NCBI RefSeq assembly: GCF_009914755.1
Contig: NC_060932.1
From: the human T2T-CHM13v2.0 reference genome, Homo sapiens
DNA: 64,000 nt
Direction: 5' to 3' (one strand)
Made by a program: the position numbers and the translations under genes. Shown here piece by piece: positions 60,189-64,000 of the stretch. Under the pieces are notes generated by a model, which saw only the letters and a program-made list of their open reading frames with translations, had not been told where the DNA came from and did not search any database. Position 1 is the first letter of the stretch, and the number at the start of each line of letters is the position of its first letter.

Positions 60189-62369
60189 AGTAGTGTTTGC
60201 TTTTTATGTTTGCATTTACCTTGTCTACTTTGCCTATCTTTTATTTTCAGACTTTCCGAATCTCTTCGGTTTACATATGTTTTACATTAGGTGTTCCTTG
60301 TGAATATATCTTATAATGTTGTTCTACCTATGGGTTACAAAATATTATTTGCATTTATTAATAAAATTGATATTTTTATCTTAGCTCTGGATTATTTTTT
60401 ATTTTATGGTATTGTATATATTATATTATAATAAATGCTTTTATTCTACAGGCTTTTATTTGGATATTTAATAAAGTTAGTATATTCATTATAGTAGACA
60501 TCATATTAGTAATACCTTTATAAAAAGCTCTTTGTTGATTTCTCCTTATTTACACTTCCACTATTTGGTTTTTCAGCTTTAAATGGTAACATTTGACTTA
60601 TTACCTATGGCGTCTCAATAACCTTATTTTACTTTCTATACATTTCTCTCCCCTTTGTTTTATTTTTCATTTTGAAGAACATTTTATTTATACATGAGAT
60701 ATTTTTCTTCCCCTAAAGGTTCTGGGATTTTTTTTTCTTATTCTTTTAAGTGAAACAAATTTGCTTGAAATATTTTACAGTTAATTCCTCTCAGGTGACA
60801 AGGAAATATTATGCAGAATTAGGCATTCTATTATCTAAAAGTATTTTCTTGATTTGTGTGTACCGTTAAATCTATTCAGAATATTTTAGTGACTCCTTTA
60901 ATACACGTTATAATATTTTATTCTGTGTGTCAGATCTATACTTTTCTCTTATTTTGTTTTATTATTATTATTATTTTTGCTCTTTTCTTTAGTTCTTCTT
61001 CCTGCTTGGTCCCAGTGATTGTCTCTTCTGTGTACTTTACATATTTGCAATTATGTCTATTTTCTCTTGAATGCCTTGTCATTTAAATTCTTATCTTTGA
61101 GTTTATTTTGTCTTCTGCTTCAATTTTTTTCTCCTGTTTTCTCCTTATGCCTGTTCATTTCTAGTTGTAGTGTTTAAATTTTTTATTTATATTGTTTTTC
61201 ATATATCTTTTATATTGCTTGTTTAACTGCATTTAATTAATATTGGAGTGCTATGCTTCAGCTCTCTTCTTTTTTGAGAGGAACTTTTAGTAATCATTAT
61301 CTCTTTTCTTGTTGTAGTAGCTTTCTAGGGATACTGTGTCTTTTTTTCGGTTCATATAATATATATCGACTAATAGGAGCTATAGACTTTCATAGCTATC
61401 TTGACATTATTTTAATCATCACAATTATCAGCAATTCCACAATGGGAAGAAGGATTTGGGTACCAAATTTGGTTTCTAGGCTCAAGAGTGCTTTCTTCAA
61501 TTGGCATAGTAAAGTGCACTTAGTTTTAAAAATGGCAATGTTGGGGGAAAGTGTTCTTACTTTCTAATTATTAATTTTAATCCTATTTTAATCAGCTATC
61601 TTTTTTTTTTTAAGCAGCTTCCTTCATTCTCTTCATCACCATGTCTCCAAAGGACATTACAGCTTTTTAGATGTCCTATTCTACCAAGAATGATGCCTTA
61701 TTCAACTGTCACCTGTCATTCTAGGTACTTCCTAAACATTTCTTTTAAATGTCTTGGATCCAATGCCCTGCTCTCCCTACTGTCTGTCACACCTGCTTTT
61801 ATTATTTTTTTTTTTACTAGCATATACTCCCTACTTTTGCAGGTGCAAACTAGATAATATTTACTGTGTTCTCCCAACACTAAGATGCTGACAGCCTCTC
61901 TATTGTTTTAAGGGCTCCAGAGATAATCCTGTTCATCTCAGGTGTTTATTTTCCAAATGACCTATAAATCTGAAGTTGATACTATCTTCAGTCGCTCACT
62001 TCTGCAATAGATAATTTAAGCTGATTATCTGCAAGGTTTGTAGAAGATGTTTGAAGGGATTAGAATTTATGTGGACATCATTGTCCTATGGAAATCAAGA
62101 ATTATCAGGATCACAATATTTTACTCGATATTTATTGCAGTAAATAGAAAATAATAGAGTAAAACAGCTTTTGAATTTTCAGCAAACTAAAAGTGTGTAT
62201 GGATTCAAAGAAAAAAATGATGATAGAATTCACATTGAAATATATTCCTTACAAGAAAGAAAAAAGAATTCAATGTAATATCAGATTTAAAACCTGTGTG
62301 AATATTACTAAAGCACAGAGGTCACCAGGAAAAAATCAAGTAAGGATTTAATACAGTCCTAGTAAATTT

Positions 62370-63235
62370 TCTCACAACAAATATAAAGTCAAATTATAGA
62401 ATGGATAACACTATTTGCAAATATATATGAAAAAATCCTTGTAACTAGAATATGTTTTAGAAGTTACAAAAAACACAGAAACAAGCAAATCAACCTAATT
62501 ATAAAATGGGCAAAAAATAAAAACAGACATTTACTTCAGCAAAGAGGAAATATGGATAGAAAATAAAGCAAATGAAAATATGTTCTATATTATTAGCCAT
62601 TAGGGAAATTTAAATTAAAACCATAATGACACATGACTCCAAATCTCTCAGGACAGCTAAAAAAAAAAAAAAAAGTGGCAATACTAAATACTAGCAAGGA
62701 TGCAGAGAAACTTGATCTCCCAAATATTGCTGAGTGTTCAGTAAAAAGCACCAATCTGAAAAGGTTACATACTATATTACTCCCTTTCTAGAACACTCTC
62801 AATGATGAATAAAATGGTAATGATGAAGATCAGATAGTGGTTACCAGGAGTTAGGGATGGCAGGGGGTGGGGTGGGGCTGACTGCCACCGTAAACAGATA
62901 GCTGGAGGGAGTCCTTTTGTGATGAAAGAACAGTTTTGCATGTTGATTGTGCTGGTTTCAAAAATGTACACAGGTGACCAAATTGCATAGTACTACACAC
63001 ATGCACACAAGCACACGCTCACATGAGTACATGTAAAAGCACGAGTGAAGTACACGTGGAGTCTGAACAGTTTCTGTAGATTGTACCAATGTCAGCTTTC
63101 TGGTTTTGATATTGCACAGTATTTATGCAGGATGACCACCGGGGAATACTGGGTGAGGATACATGGGACCCATGCTGAACTACTTTTAAAACTCCTTGTG
63201 CATGTATAATTATTTCAAATTTAAAAATTTAAAAA
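62370..63235 (+). mobile_element. L1MC/L1MD-like 3' end
   Basis: ataaaatgggcaaaa...attagccattagggaaat...caatctgaaaaggttacatactat...ttgtaccaatgtcagctttctggttttgatattg...tataattatttcaaa. Confidence 0.85.
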
Positions 63236-64000
63236 CCCATAATTAACACACAAAATTAATTATGAATTAAAAATAATATAAGAATAGAATTTTTTAGCAT
63301 TTAATTCACTAAAGGAAACTAGTGAAACATCTGCCTATCCAGAAATTGTTTCAATAACAGGAAGAACAGTTGGAAAAAGTTATGCTCAGTTTTCTCTCAC
63401 GTTTCGTTCACATTTCAAAAATCTCTTTAAAATTGAAGTTATAAGTAAAATTGGCAATTAAAATTGGAATCAGAAAATTACAATGTTTATCTCCTTTGGG
63501 ACCTAGGGTAGTATTGACATGGATTTTAACTATATACATTCTATGTAAAATGTTCTCTGGGGGTTTTTCTCTCCAGGTTGGGGAATGGATGTCCAAGGTT
63601 CAGCCCTTTCATATGGCTATTTATAGTGACATATTTACTGTCAAAATACTGTGACTCAGGAAATTTTAACAACACTGTTATTTAATTCCCTCCCCCATTT
63701 TCATTAAATATTCTCTCTCTGTCTCTCTCTCTCTCTCTCATCCTCAAGATTTCATCGTGACTTTCACTGTTATCCTCAGATTTTATTGGAATTGTTGCTG
63801 TGTGTGTTTAATTACATAATAACAGGGCTATTTTTTAAGGAGAGTCTGAATTAGCAGCATTGTTTGAGACAAAACTTTTGCACAATCAGCACATCTCTGG
63901 TAGTAGTGCTGGGATTTTGAGTTTAACCTTTGAGATGTTTTAAAATGGCAGCTGTGTACCAACTGCTATGTCTGGCAAAAAAAAAGAAATAAAAAGCATT

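Overview
This is hominid (most likely human) non-coding genomic DNA. An SVA element restricts it to hominids, and it is AT-rich and dominated by interspersed repeats. I see no intact protein-coding gene, RNA gene or CRISPR-like array. Nearly all ORFs in the track are Alu, SVA, L1 or chance frames. The main landmarks are: a full-length minus-strand SVA with a perfect 17-bp TSD (21157-23438); two head-to-tail primate L1s (L1PA6/7-like 28584-33542; L1PA5-like 33615-39573); a two-LTR MLT1A MaLR provirus (~45981-48201); ten Alus; a MER47/Tigger5 element; and nested MLT2/MST/MER3/L2/L3/MIR/L1M fossils. The most unusual structure is the L1-L1 junction. A 74-bp inverted copy of the L1 3'UTR joins the two elements, no TSD is present, and roughly 3 kb of target appears deleted. 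An intact L1 antisense ORF0 reads through this junction as a 118-aa chimera. The two ORF1s also share three non-consensus A>C changes, suggesting gene conversion. I found no evidence of a new multi-gene system. Subfamily names come from recalled consensus sequences, not from a search, and boundaries of old repeats are approximate.
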